Shown: positions 23,736 to 36,819 of the stretch, piece after piece | Position numbering within the stretch: the first letter of the stretch is position 1 | Layout of the letters: each line of letters starts with the position of its first letter | Origin: Mustelus asterias | Lineage: Eukaryota | NCBI RefSeq assembly: GCF_964213995.1 | Contig: NC_135805.1 | Coordinates: 22,816,001 to 22,880,000 of the forward strand | DNA length: 64,000 bases | Direction: 5' to 3' | Translations under genes and position numbers: made by a program | Notes under the pieces: model-generated | Told to the model about the DNA's origin: nothing | The model's input: the letters and a program-made list of their open reading frames with translations, nothing else | The model's database searches: none

Positions 23736-26700
23736 AGAAACATAGAAAAACTAGAGCACAAAACAGGCCCTTCGGCCCCACAAGTTGTGCTGAACATATC
23801 CCTACCTTTTAGGCCTACCTATAACCCTCCATCCTATTAAGTCCCATGTACTCATCGAGGAGTCTCTTAAAAGACCCTATTGAGTTTGCCTCCACCACCA
23901 CTGACAGCAGCCGATTCCACTCGCCCACTACCCTCTGTGTGAAAAACTTCCCCCCAATATTTCCCCTGTACCTACCCCCCAGCACCTTAAACCTGTGTCC
24001 TCTTGTAGCAGCCATTTCCACCCTGGGAAAAAGTCTCTGAGAGTCCACCCGATCTATGCCTCTCAACATCTTGTATACCTCTATTAGGTCTCCTCTCATC
24101 CTACGTCTCTCCAAGGAGAAAAGACCGAGCTCCCTCAGCCTATCCTCATTAGGCATGCCACTCAATCCATGCAACATCCTTGTAAATCTCCTCTGCACCA
24201 TTTCAATGTTTTCCACATCCTTCCTGTAATGAGGCGACCAGAACTGAGCACAGTACTCCAAGTGGGGTCTGATGAGGGTCTTGTATAGCTGCATCATTAT
24301 CCCTGGACTCCTAAACTCAATCCCTCGATTGATAAAGGCCAGCACACCATACGCCTTCTTAACCACCTCCTTCACCTGCGGGGCCGATTTTAGAGTCCTA
24401 TGGACCCGGACCCCAAGGTCCTTCTGATGCTCTACCGTACTAAGAGTCTTTCCCTTTATATTGTGCTCCTTCATCCCATTTGACTTGCCAAAATGGACCA
24501 CTATGCATTTATCTGGGTTGAAGTCCATCTGCCACTTCTCCGCCCAGTCTTGCATCCTATCTATGTCCCTCTAACTTCTCTGACATCCCTCCAGACTATC
24601 CACAACCCCACCAACCTTTGTGTCGTCGGCAAACTTACCAACCCATTCCTCCACTTCCTCATTCAGGTCATTTATGAAAATGACAAACAGCAAGGGTCCC
24701 AGAACAGATCCCTGGGGCACACCACTGGTGATCGACCTCCATTTAGAAAAAGACCCATCTATACCCACTCTCTGCCTCCTTTGGGCAAGCCAGTTCTGGA
24801 TCCACAGGGCAGCAGCCCCTTGGATTCCATGCCCCCTCACTTTTTCTAGAAGCCTTGCATGGGGGACCTTATTGAACGCCTTGTTAAAATCCATATAAAC
24901 CACATCTACCGCTTTCCCTTCGTCAATGTGTTTAGTCACATTTTCGAAGAACTCCACCAGGCTCGTAAGGCATGATCTGCCTTTGACAAAACCATGCTGA
25001 GTATTCTTGAGCATGCTAAGCCTCTCTAAATGCTCATAAATCTTGTCCCTCAGGATCTTCTCCATCAGCTTACCAACCACTGAGGTTAGACTCACAGGTC
25101 GGTAATTTCTTGGGCTTTCCCTATTCCCCTTCTTGAAAAAAGGAACCACATCCGCAATCCTCCGGCACCTCTCCCGTCTCCATCGACAACGCAAAGATCA
25201 TCGCCAGAGGCTCTGCAATCTCTTCCCTCGCCTCCCACAGTAACCTGGGGTACATCCCATCCGGACCTGGCGACTTATCTATCTTGATGCCATTCAAAGA
25301 TTCCAGCACAACCTCTTTGTTAAAGTCCACATACTCAGTCTTTTCAGTCCACCGCAAGCCCGCAGTACATCCACCCAGGTCCTTCTCCTCTGTGAAAACC
25401 GAGGCAAAATACTCATTAAGTACCTCTGCCATTTACTGGTTCCGTACAGCTTTTCCCACCTTCACCTTTTATAGGCCCTATTCCTTCACGTCTCATCCTT
25501 TTACTCTTCACATATTTATAGAACGCCTTAGGGTTCTCCTTAATCCTACCTGCCAAGGCCTTCTCAGGACACCTGGCTCTCCTAATTTCCTTCTTTAGTC
25601 CCTTCCTACAAGCCGTATACTCATCTAGATCCCTATCTCTGCCAAGCTCTCTGAACATTTTGTACGCTTTCCTTCTCTTCTCAACTAGGTCCCGCACAGC
25701 TTTTGTGCACCACGGTTCCTTTAACCGACCAACTCCTCCCTGTCTGCTCGGAACGTTGTCCTGTAGAACTCTAGACAGACATTCCTTGAAAAACTGCCAC
25801 CTCTCTTCAGTACATTTCCCCGAGAATACCTCCTTCCAATTTACTCCTCTAATTTGCTGCCTTATGTCTTCATATTTCCCCTTACTCCATACAAACGCTT
25901 TCCTAGCTTGCCTGATCCTCTCTTTTTCCAATGCAAGCATAAAGGAGATAGAGTCATGATCGCTATCCCCAAGATGCTCCTCCACTGAGAGATCTGACAC
26001 CTGTCCAGGTTCATTGGTCAGTATCAGAGCAAGTACAGCGAGGTGATGAATGAATATTTTTCTTCAGTGTTCACCAAGGAGAGGGGCCATGTTTTTGAGG
26101 AAGAGAAGGTGTTACAGGCTAATAGGCTGGAGGAAATAGATGTTCGGAGGGAGGATGTCCTGGCAGTTTTGAATAAACTGAAGGTCGACAAGTCCCCTGG
26201 GCCTGATGAAATATATCCTAGGATTCTTTGGGAGACAAGGGATGAGATTGCAGAGCCTTTGGCTTTGATCTTTGGGTCCTCATTGTCCACCGGGATGGTG
26301 CCAGAGGACTGGAGAATGGCGAATGTTGTTCCTCTGTTTAAGAAAGGGAATAGAAATGACCCTGGTAATTATAGACCGGTTAGTCTTACTTCGGTGGTTG
26401 GTAAATTGATGGAAAAGGTCCTTCGGGATGGGATTTACGACCATTTAGAAAGATGCGGATTAATCCGGGATAGTCAGCACGGATTCGTGAAGGGCAAGTC
26501 GTGCCTCACAAATTTGATAGAATTTTTTGAGGAGGTAACTAAGTGTGTTGATGAAGGTAGGGCAGTTGATGTCATATACATGGATTTTAGTAAGGTGTGT
26601 GATAAGGTCCCCCATGGTCGGCTTATGATGAAAGTGAGGAGGTGTGGGATAGAGGGAAAGTTGGCCGATTGGATAGGTAACTGGCTGTCTGATCGAAGAC

Positions 26701-27962
26701 AGAGGGTGGTGGTGGATGGAAAATTTTCGGATTGGAGGCAGGTTGCTAGCGGAGTACCACAGGGATCAGTGCTTGGTCCTCTGCTCTTTGTGATTTTTAT
26801 TAATGACTTAGAGGAGGGGGCTGAAGGGTGGATCAGTAAATTTGCTGATGACACCAAGATTGGTGGAGTCGTGGATGAGGTGGAGGGCTGTTGTAGGCTG
26901 CAAAGAGACATAGATAGGGTGCAAAGCTGGGCTGAAAAATGGCAAATGGAGTTTAACCCTGATAAATGTGAGGTGATTCATTTTGGTAGGACTAATTTAA
27001 ATGTGGATTACAGGGTCAAAGGTAGGGTTCTGAAGACTGTGGAGGAACAGAGCGATCTTGGGGTCCATATCCACAGATCTCTAAAGGTTGCCACTCAAGT
27101 GGATAGAGCTGTGAAAAAGGCCTATAGTGTGTGAGCTTTTATTAACAGGGGGTTGGAGTTTAAGAGCCGTGGGGTTATGCTGCAACTGTACAGGACCTTG
27201 GTGAGACCACATTTGGAATATTGTGTACAGTTCTGGTCACCTCACTATAAGAAGGATGTGGAAGCGCTGGAAAGAGTGCAGAGGAGATTTACCAGGATGC
27301 TGCCTGGTTTGGAGGGTAGGACTTATGAGGACAGGTTAAGGGAGCTAGGGCTGTTCTCTCTGGAGCGGAGGAGGCTGAGGGGAGACTTAATAGAGGTTTA
27401 TAAAATGATGAAGGGGATAGATAGAGTGAACGTTCAAAGACTATTTCCTCGGGTGGATGGAGCTATTACAAGGGGGCATAACTATAGGGTTCGTGGTGGG
27501 AGATATAGGAAAAATATCAGAGGTAGGTTCTTTACGCAGAGTGGTTGGGGTGTGGAATGGACTGCCTGCAGTGATAGTGGAGTCAGACACTTTAGGAACA
27601 TTTAAGCGGTTATTGGATAGGCACATGGAGCACACCAGGATGATAGGGAGTGGGGTAGCTTGATCTTGGTTTCAGATAAAGCTCGGCACAACATCGTGGG
27701 CCGAAGGGCCTGTTCTGTGCTGTGCTGTACTGTTCTATGTTCTCTCCTCTCTCTCGTAGGCTTGTCCACATGCTGTGTCAGGAAACCCTCCTGAACACAC
27801 CTAACAAATTCCTCCCCATCCAATCCCCTTACCTTAGGGATATTCCAATCTATGTTTGGGAAATTAAAGTCTCCCATCACAACAACTCTGCTATTATTGC
27901 AACACTCCAGGATCTGTTTTCTTATCTGCTCCTCCACCTCCCTGTTACTATTCTTGGTACTA
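23736..27962 (-). mobile_element. CR1 LINE (5'-truncated, part of endonuclease plus RT, frameshifted), interrupted at 26040-27741
   Basis: ORFs 23815-24555, 24571-25194, 25121-25432, 25416-26000 and part of 27602-28054 (MGDFN, FADD). Tail CTATGTTTCT. Possible TSD TTCTT. Confidence 0.92.
26040..27741 (+). mobile_element. CR1 LINE, 5'-truncated RT region
   Basis: ORFs 26043-27134 and 27153-27605 (GVPQGSVLGP, FADD). Tail GTTCTATGTTCT. Confidence 0.95.
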
Positions 27963-28399
27963 TTCTTTGGAGGTGTCACATGTGCAGTGGATAAAGGGGA
28001 AACCAGTGGATGTGCTGTACTTAGATTTCCAGAAGGCATTTGATAAAGTGCCACATAAAAGGTTATTGTGTAAAATAAAAACTCTTGATAACATATTGGC
28101 AGGGATTGAAGATTGGATCACTAACAGGAAACATAGTTGGCACAAATGGGTCTTTTTCTAGTTGGCGGGATGTGTTGAGTGGTGTGCCACAGCGCCTCAT
28201 TCTCACAATTTATATAAATGACTTAGCTGAAGGGACCAAAGATATGGTTGCTAAATTTACTGACAAGACAAAGTTAGGAAAGTAAATTGAGAGAGGACGT
28301 AAGGAGGCTACAAAAGGATACTGATGGATTAAGTGAGTGGGCAAATGTGAAATTGTCCATTTTGGCAGGAAGAATAAATAAGTAGCTTATTAACTAAAT

Positions 28400-30031
28400 A
28401 AGAACATAAGAAATAGGAGCAGGAGTAGGCCATCAAGCCCCTCGAGCCTGCCCCGCCATTCAATAAGATCATGGCTGATCTGACGTGGATCAGTACCACT
28501 TACCCGCCTGATCCCCATAACCCTTAATTCCCTTACCGATCAGGAATCCATCCATCCGCGCTTTAAACATATTCAGCGAGGTAGCCTCCACCACCTCAGT
28601 GGGCAGAGAATTCCAGAGATTCACCACCCTCTGGGAGAAGAAGTTCCTCCTCAACTCTGTCTTAAACCGACCCCCCTTTATTTTGAGGCTGTGTCCTCTA
28701 GTTTTATCTTCCTTACTAAGTGGAAAGAATCTCTCCGCCTCCACCCTATCCAGCCACCGCATTATCTTATAAGTCTCCATAAGATCCCCCCTCATCCTTC
28801 TAAACTCCAACGAGTACAAACCCAATCTCCTCAGCCTCTCCTCATAATCCAAACCCCTCATCTCCAGTATCAACCTGGTGAACCTTCTCTGCACTCCCTC
28901 CAATGCCAATATATCCTTCCTCATATGAGGGGACCAATACTGCACACAGTATTCCAGCTGCGGCCTCACCAATGCCCTGTACAGGTGCATCAACACATCC
29001 CTGCTTTTATATTCTATCCCCTTCGCAATATAGGCCAACATCCCATTTGCCTTCTTGATCACCTGTTGTACCTGCAGACTGGGCTTTTGCGTCTCATGCA
29101 CAAGGATCCCCAGGTCCCTTTGCACGGTAGCATGTTTTAATTTGTTTCCATTGAGATAATAATCCCATTTGTTATTATTTCCTCCAAAGTGTATAACCTC
29201 GCATTTCTCAACGTTATACTCCATTTGCCATATCCTCGCCCACTCACTCAGCCTGTCCAAATCTCTCTGCAGATCTTCTCCGTCCTCCACACGATTCACT
29301 TTTCCACTTATCTTTGTGTCGTCTGCAAACTTTGTTACCCTACACTCCGTCCCCTCCTCCAGATCATCTATATAAATGGTAAACAGTTGCGGCCCGAGTA
29401 CCGATCCCTGCGGCACGCCACTAGTTACCTTCGTCCAACCGGAAAAACACCCATTTATTCCGACTCTTTGCTTCCTGTCGGATAGCCAGTCCCCAATCCA
29501 CTTTAACACACTACCCCCAACTCCGTGTGCCCTAATCTTCTTCAGCAGCCTTTTATGGGGCACCTTATCAAACGCCTTTTGGAAATCCAAAAACACCGCA
29601 TCCACCGGTTCTCCTCCATCAACCGCCCTAGTCACATCTTCATAAAAATCCAACATGTTCGTCAAGCACGACTTTCCCCTCATGAATCCATGCTGCGTCT
29701 GATTGATCGAACCATTTCTATCCAGATGCCCTGCTATCTCCTCTTTAATAATGGATTCCAGCATTTTCCCTACTACAGACGTTAAGCTGACCGGCCTATA
29801 GTTACCCGGCTTTTGTCTCCTTCCTTTTTTAAACAGCGGCGTAACATTAGTCGTTTTCCAATCAACCGGCACTACCCCAGAATGCAACGAGTTTTGATAA
29901 ATAATCACTAACGCATCCACTATTACCTCTGACATTTCTTTCAATACCCTGGGATGCATTCCATCCGGACCCGGGGACTTGTCCACCTTCAGTCCCATTA
30001 GTCTACCCAGCACTGCCTCTCTGGTAACATT
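28400..30031 (-). mobile_element. Young CR1 LINE, 5'-truncated, with an uninterrupted 507-aa RT frame
   Basis: ORF 28490-30013. Tail CTTATGTTCTT. Apparent 3-bp TSD AAT. Confidence 0.95.
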
Positions 30032-30847
30032 AATGGTGAGAGATTGCAGAGCTGAGGTGCAGGGGGATCTGGGTTTCTTTGTGCATGAATCACAAAAGGC
30101 TAGTATAAAGATACAGCAAGTAATTAGGAAAGCTGAAAGAATGCTATCCTTTATTGTGAGGAGAATTGACTACAAAAGTAGGGAGGCTATGCTTCAGTTG
30201 TACAGGGCACTGGTGAGACCGCATCTGGAGTATTATGTACATTATTGGTCTCCTTATTTAAGGAAAGATGCAAATGCCTTAGAACAGTTCAGAGAAGGCT
30301 CACTAGAATTAATACCAGGACTGGATAAGTTGTCTTAAGAGGAAAGGTTGGAGAGTGTAGTTTTGTATCCACTAGTCTAGTTGAGTATGATGTGACTTGA
30401 TTGAAACTTTTAATGTTCTGAGGGGTGTTGATCGGGTGGATGTGGAGAGGATGCTTCCTCTTGTCAGAGAATGTAGAACTCGTCACTTATTCAAAATAAG
30501 GTGTTACCCGTTTAAGGCAGTGGCGAAGAGAAATGTTTTGTCTCAGGGTCGAGAATCTCTGGAACACTCTTCCTCAAAAAGCATGGAAGAGTCTTTGAAT
30601 ATTTTTAAGGCAGAGCTAGATAGATTCTTGATTAACAAGGGGGTGAAACGTTACCAGGAGTAGGCAGAATTGTGGGGTTGAGGTTGCAATCAGAACAGGC
30701 ATGACGTTTTGCATGGTGGAGCAGGTTCAAGCGCTGACTGGCCTACTGCTGCTTCTAATTCCTATGCAAGAAGATACTGTACAGTGCAAGGTATGTTGCA
30801 GTTTGCTGGTATTAACTCAAAAGTTATTTTATTTCTGACCCTTGTAG

Positions 30848-30903
30848 AATCATCTGAAGAGGAAAACTCAGAAGACGACATGATGGCTGACCAGGAATCT
30901 GAT
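30848..30903 (+). CDS. WDR43: WDR43 penultimate exon: (E)SSEEENSEDDMMADQESD
   Basis: CTGAC branch-like motif + TGTAG acceptor, GAT|GTAAGT donor, 56 nt, phase 1 to 0, compatible with both neighbours. Confidence 0.9.
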
Positions 30904-31948
30904 GTAAGTGTAGCAAACAGGCCCAGGATGTCTCAGCTCCCCCAGAAGTGTCGTCCTAATGTTGGAGATCAATTTGACTTTAGAAGACAAATTGTTTCTT
31001 TTAGTCTGTTCAGATTCCTCTTCATTTTTTTGTCACTTTGTGTCTTTTGTCGCAAAGAAAAATTTGAGAGACTATTGTTTTATTAATTCATCAGTCTAAT
31101 TTCACTGAAATTCCTGTGCTATTTCCCTGTGCCTGTGTAATAAGAGGGAGGGAAAGGTTGTCTCATTCAGATGATGTGAAATGGCATTGGACCGTATAAC
31201 AGCGTTATTTCATGGTACTTGTATGCCAAGCAAACCTGTTGTATCAAGTCAATTGATTTCAGTAATTACAATTAGGTAGTCTTTTGACTACAATTTCCAA
31301 ACTGGTTCAAAATAGCACAATAACTCACTACAAGCTCTGAAGTTGAATTGGAGTGAATATTTCCATTATTCCTGCCTTTGAAGTTACTTTGTGTTCTTGC
31401 TGAGATGAAGCAATTCAAGTATTGAAGGTGAAATAGTTTCCCATCTTTTAAATCCATTGTCTTGGGTACTCCCAAGTGAGATATAATCTGCCAACTCCCA
31501 GCTCCTTCCAACTAACGGGGTAAGATTTCCCCTCTTCCCTGTAGCAAAGTCATAAACTTGGATAATGAACTTGTTCATGATTTTGTTATTAATGATGAAA
31601 TAATACATCCATTGTACTCCTCATTTCCACCCTCGGAACACTGTGTGCAGTTGTACATTCTTGCAGTTTCTAGGTTTATTCTTTAGCCTCAGGGAGAATG
31701 CCTTATTTGCTTTATTCTGTGTTTCAGAGCTCCCAATTAGCAGTAATCAGTAAATCAGACTTGGAGATTATTGTTAGGTGAATATAGGCAAATGGGAAAG
31801 AGACCTTAAAGTCTAAGGGAGAGACAATCTGACCAAATTATTCTTGGTGGAGGGAAAGCTTTGAATTTTATTTTTAAAGCATGCTGATTCATTAAGATGT
31901 CGTCTTTGGGTTTTTTGGAGGTGGGGAAAATGAACAAAAAATGTAAGT

Positions 31949-32083
31949 TTGCATCTATTGACAGACCTGAAGCCGATCTTTGTGGCTTTTTAGGTTCTTT
32001 TCCAGTTAGATGCAAGATTAAATTCCTCGCGCTTTCTGTTTGATGAATTAGTAGCAATTCAGATTGAATAGAGGAATACATAA
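31949..32083 (+). ncRNA. SNORA31: Box H/ACA snoRNA, SNORA31-like, copy C
   Basis: TTGCATCTA/TAGATGCA stem, H box AGATTA at 32015-32020, TTCCTC/GAGGAA stem, pocket CGCGCTT/TTGAA, ACA at 32078-32080. Confidence 0.87.
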
Positions 32084-32269
32084 CTTAATTGAATAACACA
32101 GCAAACATGACTGATGCGCATAGCAGTCCGTCAGATCACTGCCACTTGCTTATCAAGTACAATATATCTTTCTTTTGGTTCTGTTGCCCATGTCTCAAAG
32201 TCAGTAGTTGGGAGAAAACCAGTAGACTACCTTGTGTCCCAATGGCTAGAGGTAAGAAAACAGATATTC

Positions 32270-32545
32270 TGTGCATGGTTGGTTAAGCCTCACAGCGCCA
32301 GGGACCTGAGTTCAATTCTGAGCTTGGGTCACTGTCTGCAGAGTCTGCTTGTTCTCCCCGTGTCTGCGTGGGTTTCCTCCGGGTGCTCCAGTTTCCTCCC
32401 ACAGTCCGAAAGACGTGCTGGTTAGGTGCATTAGCCATGCTAAATTCTCCCAAACAGGCGCCGGAGTGTGGCGATGAGGAGACTTTCACAGTAACTTCAT
32501 TGCGTTGTCAATGTAAGCCTACTTGTGACATTAATGAATAAACTT
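32270..32545 (+). mobile_element. V-SINE-like element with the CACAGTAACTTCATTGC...AATAAAC tail variant
   Basis: tRNA-like head and central GGGTTTCCTCCGGGTGCTCC domain. Related copies at 45815-46110 and 59179-59450 (minus strand). Confidence 0.85.
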
Positions 32546-33106
32546 GATGCCCATCCAGGGCTAATGGTTTATTTTCCTCAAGTGATTTTACCAAGCACAC
32601 TGGGGGAAAAAAGACTTTGGATCAAGAATCACTCACTCGGGTTTTGAGAGATATCTCTTGCACAGTGCCTGGGATTTGCACTTCATGTTGAGCCACTTAT
32701 GCAGCACATAGAAAGCCAACCTGTTTTTAAGAGTGATTTTAACATTTTTAGTCTGCAGTTTTTGGTGCATTGAACATCCTGAAGTTCAACCCAACATGAT
32801 GCCTCAAGTCTGGGTTTGAGCTGAAGCTCAGGGTAATTTGACAGAAGGTCTTAGCATCAAATAGACCGGCACCAATTCATTGATAAACATTTTCAATGCA
32901 CTTTCTTTACCTTAAAACAAAACATCCTTTTGTCAACATTTGGTGGACATCAGATATTCCAAAATATTGAACCTTTAAGCCTGGACTTAAGTACAGTTGT
33001 AAGAAAATGTGTACTCTGTTTCTTAATGCTTGGATCCCCACCTTGTATGTATGCAAGCAACTTGAGTCATGGGAAATGTTTTAATTATCCAATATTTTAA
33101 AACTAG

Positions 33107-33229
33107 GAGAACTGGGAGGAGGACGAGGAAGAGGAGAGAGCAGGCGACCCAAAAATGCACATTGACAAAGAAATCAGCGAAGACTCCGGAGAGGACATGC
33201 ACACAGGAAATGAAAGTGAAGAGGAATAA
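33107..33229 (+). CDS. WDR43: WDR43 last coding exon: ENWEEDEEEERAGDPKMHIDKEISEDSGEDMHTGNESEEE*
   Basis: CTAG acceptor. Acidic tail ending NESEEE-TAA, as in recalled human WDR43 (ENESEEE). Confidence 0.9.
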   Translation, partial: ENWEEDEEEERAGDPKMHIDKEISEDSGEDMHTGNESEEE

Positions 33230-33818
33230 AACCATTTTAAAAAATATATATTGACTGCATTCTCAGCACATTTGGGCCAATGAATCTGACCTGGGCATCT
33301 GAATTTTATTTTTTCCCACCCAGAAGGTCCCTTTATTTAGTTTGGAAAACAGATGACAGACTGGCAGTGAAGAGTGTGTTAAGAACTGTTGGTGCACTTT
33401 GGATTCCAAGAAATATTTGACTGTCTTAATAGTGCACATTTCACATATATATTTCTGCAACCATGTTTCTAATGCAGGTCGTTTTTGGACCACATTTATA
33501 TGTGGAGTGATTTACCACAGGCAGAAATGTGGTAGTAACTCGTGATCACTTGGAAGGTGGACAGATACCCAGTCATCTAATTCATGGCTACTCGCGTTGC
33601 ATTTTAACCTGATCTGGGGACATAGTTTGGATGTGGAATATGCAACGTCATGGGGTTTTTACTGGATATTTTGGTTCTGGCAGTTGGCCAGCTCGTCCCC
33701 ATGCTTTCAGGTTAGTATGTTACAGTATGTAGTCATTAGCTAGTTGACAGAATTATGTATATTTGTCTATAAATCAGTGGTTTACAGCAATTAAGGCTGT
33801 GTCCTCCTTTGTAAAGCA

Positions 33819-33964
33819 AATAAATCTGATTCTCCTTTACAATACCGCGTTCATAGTCTTTATGGCCATTGGCAGGAAGAACGCACAGCATTGGAAAAGG
33901 TGTTGGTTCTATTGTGAATTATACCATGCCCTTTTAATCCAACAAAGGCCACTCCTTCATTAAA
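33819..33964 (+). terminator. Candidate WDR43 polyadenylation signals (AATAAA 33819-33824, ATTAAA 33959-33964)
   Basis: Hexamers 0.6-0.75 kb after the stop codon and before the first downstream TE. Usage is unverified. Confidence 0.4.
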
Positions 33965-34539
33965 ATACAACTTTAGAGTCTATACATTGGGTGGTGATAT
34001 GTCTTTCGCTACTGGGGAATCTGGTTGATGTTGCCAGTATTTTAGAACATAGAACATTACAGCGCAGTACAGGCCCTTGGGATGTTGCGCCGACCAGTGG
34101 AACCAATCTAAAGCCCCTCTAATCTACACTATTCCAATATCATCCATATGTTTATCCAATAACTATTTGAATGCTCTTAATGTTGACGAGTCTGTCTACT
34201 TTGTTCCTTTTGTTCTTTTAATTACACCACTGAAAACGATTGTCAGTTTTCATCATTTCAAAACAGTTGGTTGGGCATTCTATCAATTCTATATCTATCT
34301 TTTTCTCCTCTTACCCTATTTCTCATTCCAGCCCAATTCAGATGATGGCGCTATGCCTGTCTCTTCACTCGTGCTGGTGTTCCTGCCATGTACTTCTAAA
34401 ATACACAGCTAATTTCTCCTATTTAATAGTCTGCTTGAGAGCTGTGAGAAACACAGGTACTGGCTGATTGCTGAGCCCATTGTGCTGTCAAACATTGTTG
34501 ATCTGTAATAGCAACTGGCATGAAAAGGTTTTTCCACCC

Positions 34540-34882
34540 CAGAGGTCTATAAAATAATCAGGGGCATAGATAAGGTAGATAGTCAACATCTTTTCCCAAA
34601 GACAGAGGGGAGTCTAAAACTAGAGGGCATAGGTTTGAGGGGAGAGAGATACAAAAGGGTCCAGAGGGGCAATTTTTTCACTAAGATGGTGCTGAGTGTC
34701 TGGAACGAGCTGCCAGAGGCAGTAGTGGAGGCTTTTAAAAAGCATTTAGACAGTTACATGGGTACAGAGGGATATGGGGCAAATGCGGACAATTGGGACT
34801 AGCTTAGTGGTAAAAACTGGGTGGCATGGACAAGTTGGGCCAAAAGGCCTGTTTCCATGCTGTAAACCTTTGTGACTCTATA
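34540..34882 (+). mobile_element. CR1 LINE 3' fragment
   Basis: EVYKI..GIDKVDSQHLFP and WNELPEAVVEA motifs. Same 3' UTR as the 49688-50492 copy. Confidence 0.85.
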
Positions 34883-36513
34883 GGTTCACAACTGCCTGGT
34901 TAAAATTCCTGTGCTTGCTTTCACCACAAATGCTTTACAGAGTTGGTACTGATGCTGTGAATGAACATGATGAATTATTTTGTCAAGCATGCAATCATTC
35001 TTTCGCACTCGTACAGTCTCCCTTGAGGTTTGGATAATGGGAGTTCAGCTGTTGAAAGTCTATTTTCATTATAATTTGTTTTCTGATTAGCGAGAGGCAA
35101 GGAATGATTTATTACCATGGTAATTGTTGCCACAGAAGCTTGGGTAAAATAGAATCTATTCAACATTGTTCTAATGACCCTGGTAGCACAGAAGTAGAGA
35201 CAACGTTGGAGTGCTGATCAGAGGTAAGTCCTCGCTGTGTACTGAGCTTCAACACTGGGGATGGAGCTAATTTTAGTCTGCTAAATTGTTAACATGATCC
35301 GATTGCAGGCAGGGTTGTACATTATAACACTGTCAGAAGTTTTCACATTGTTCTCCCCTACTCTGTCTTCCCATGTCAAACTGTCAGGTAGGTATACAAG
35401 TAGGAGTACAAGCCCATTCTTAAATGTATTTGGCAATAATATATTGTTCCACGATGGTGCTTGTGCAATCAGAAATTTGTCAAATATTAGGGATATTTAT
35501 TTAGGAGGTAATTCTGAGATTTCAGGTTTTTTTTAGTAAAGTGATGTATGCATGAGCAGTAACTGGTTGGGGTATTTTGTTTGGACCCCAAAGCATTGCG
35601 TGGTCTCGTGGGGTGTGTGAACACTGGAGCTCTTTTTTGTATTCGTTTGTGGGACATGGGCCTTGCTGGCTGGCCAGCATTTACTGGGTAGGGAGAATAG
35701 GGGCAGGTCTTTGAAGAATTTTTTAAAATGATGGTCCTGGGATACAGGAAGGCAATCTAGTGATTTGAGAGCACAGAATGGAGATCCAAGATTTGGGTTG
35801 GTAAAGGGGAAATCTGATTGGGGTGCGATCAGGTCTTAGGGTATTTAAGCTTTCCCCTATTTGCATTTCATTGACTTTTGGGAAATAGTAATGCCCAATG
35901 TGTTCTTGTTACTGTTGTAAGCCTCTCAGAACTTGCCTCTGAGCTCAAAATAGAAACTAGAAGCCGGGGCAGGCCATTCGGCCCTTCGAGCCTGCTTCAC
36001 CATTCATTTTGATCATGGCTGATCATCGAATTCAATATTTTGATCCCCATTGTCCATGTGTGCTTTTCGTCTACTTTTTTTTTCATTCTGAAATCGGGGC
36101 TTAATTTGCATTCTCTTATTCTGGCACATTCTTATTTTGAGTTCTCTTTTAGATTCTAGAACTGTCTTCGTTTACAGTGCTGATTTGTCTTCCCGACCCC
36201 AAGTATTTTCTTTTGCCCTCCAGCTAGGGTGTAGTTCCATAGGTGCCCAATCTCCTCTGCTACAAAACCCAAGTGATGCCCCATGCATGAATATAAACCG
36301 TAAGTGTCAGCAGGTTGCACTCTGTGGAGGACTCTGTGCTAAACCAAGACTGATCCTCATCACTCCAGCTCGGTCTATTAGATAGTGGTCAGTGCAGGGC
36401 CCTGGCGTACAGCTTTCCCTAAGCATAGATACTGACATCAGTTCCAGCAGCCCAGTTTTTTAAATTCAATCTTGGATGTGAGTGTCGCTGACTAGGCCTT
36501 CATTTATTGCCCA

Positions 36514-36800
36514 TTTAATTTGATTTATTATTGTCACATGTATTAGGATACAATGAAAAGTATTGTTTCTTGCGCACTATTCAGACAAAGCATACCGTTC
36601 ATAGGGAAGAAGAGGAGAGAGCTTCTTAACTATAGCGTCCGAGAGATTGCAGTGCTACAGTCATAGCTAGGGTGTAGGTAAAGATCAACTTGATGTGAGG
36701 TAGGTCCATTCAAAAGTCTGATGGCAGCAGGGAAGAAGCAGTTTTTGAGTCGATTGGTACATGTCCTTAGACTTTTGTATCTTTTTCCTGATGAAAGAAG
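36514..36800 (-). mobile_element. Rex1/Babar-type LINE 3' end
   Basis: Reverse complement of the 3' end of the element at 41670-43410. Confidence 0.8.
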
Positions 36801-36819
36801 GAGCTATGAACATGCTATG

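Larger units (their letters stand above)
23357..30765 (+). mobile_element. Old degenerate CR1 LINE split into three pieces (23357-23735, 27963-28399, 30032-30765) by younger insertions
   Basis: ORF2 motifs continue colinearly across the insertions: DKSP..., YLDFQKAFDKVPH, KFTDKTK, LVRPHLEY, then the 3' UTR. Confidence 0.85.
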
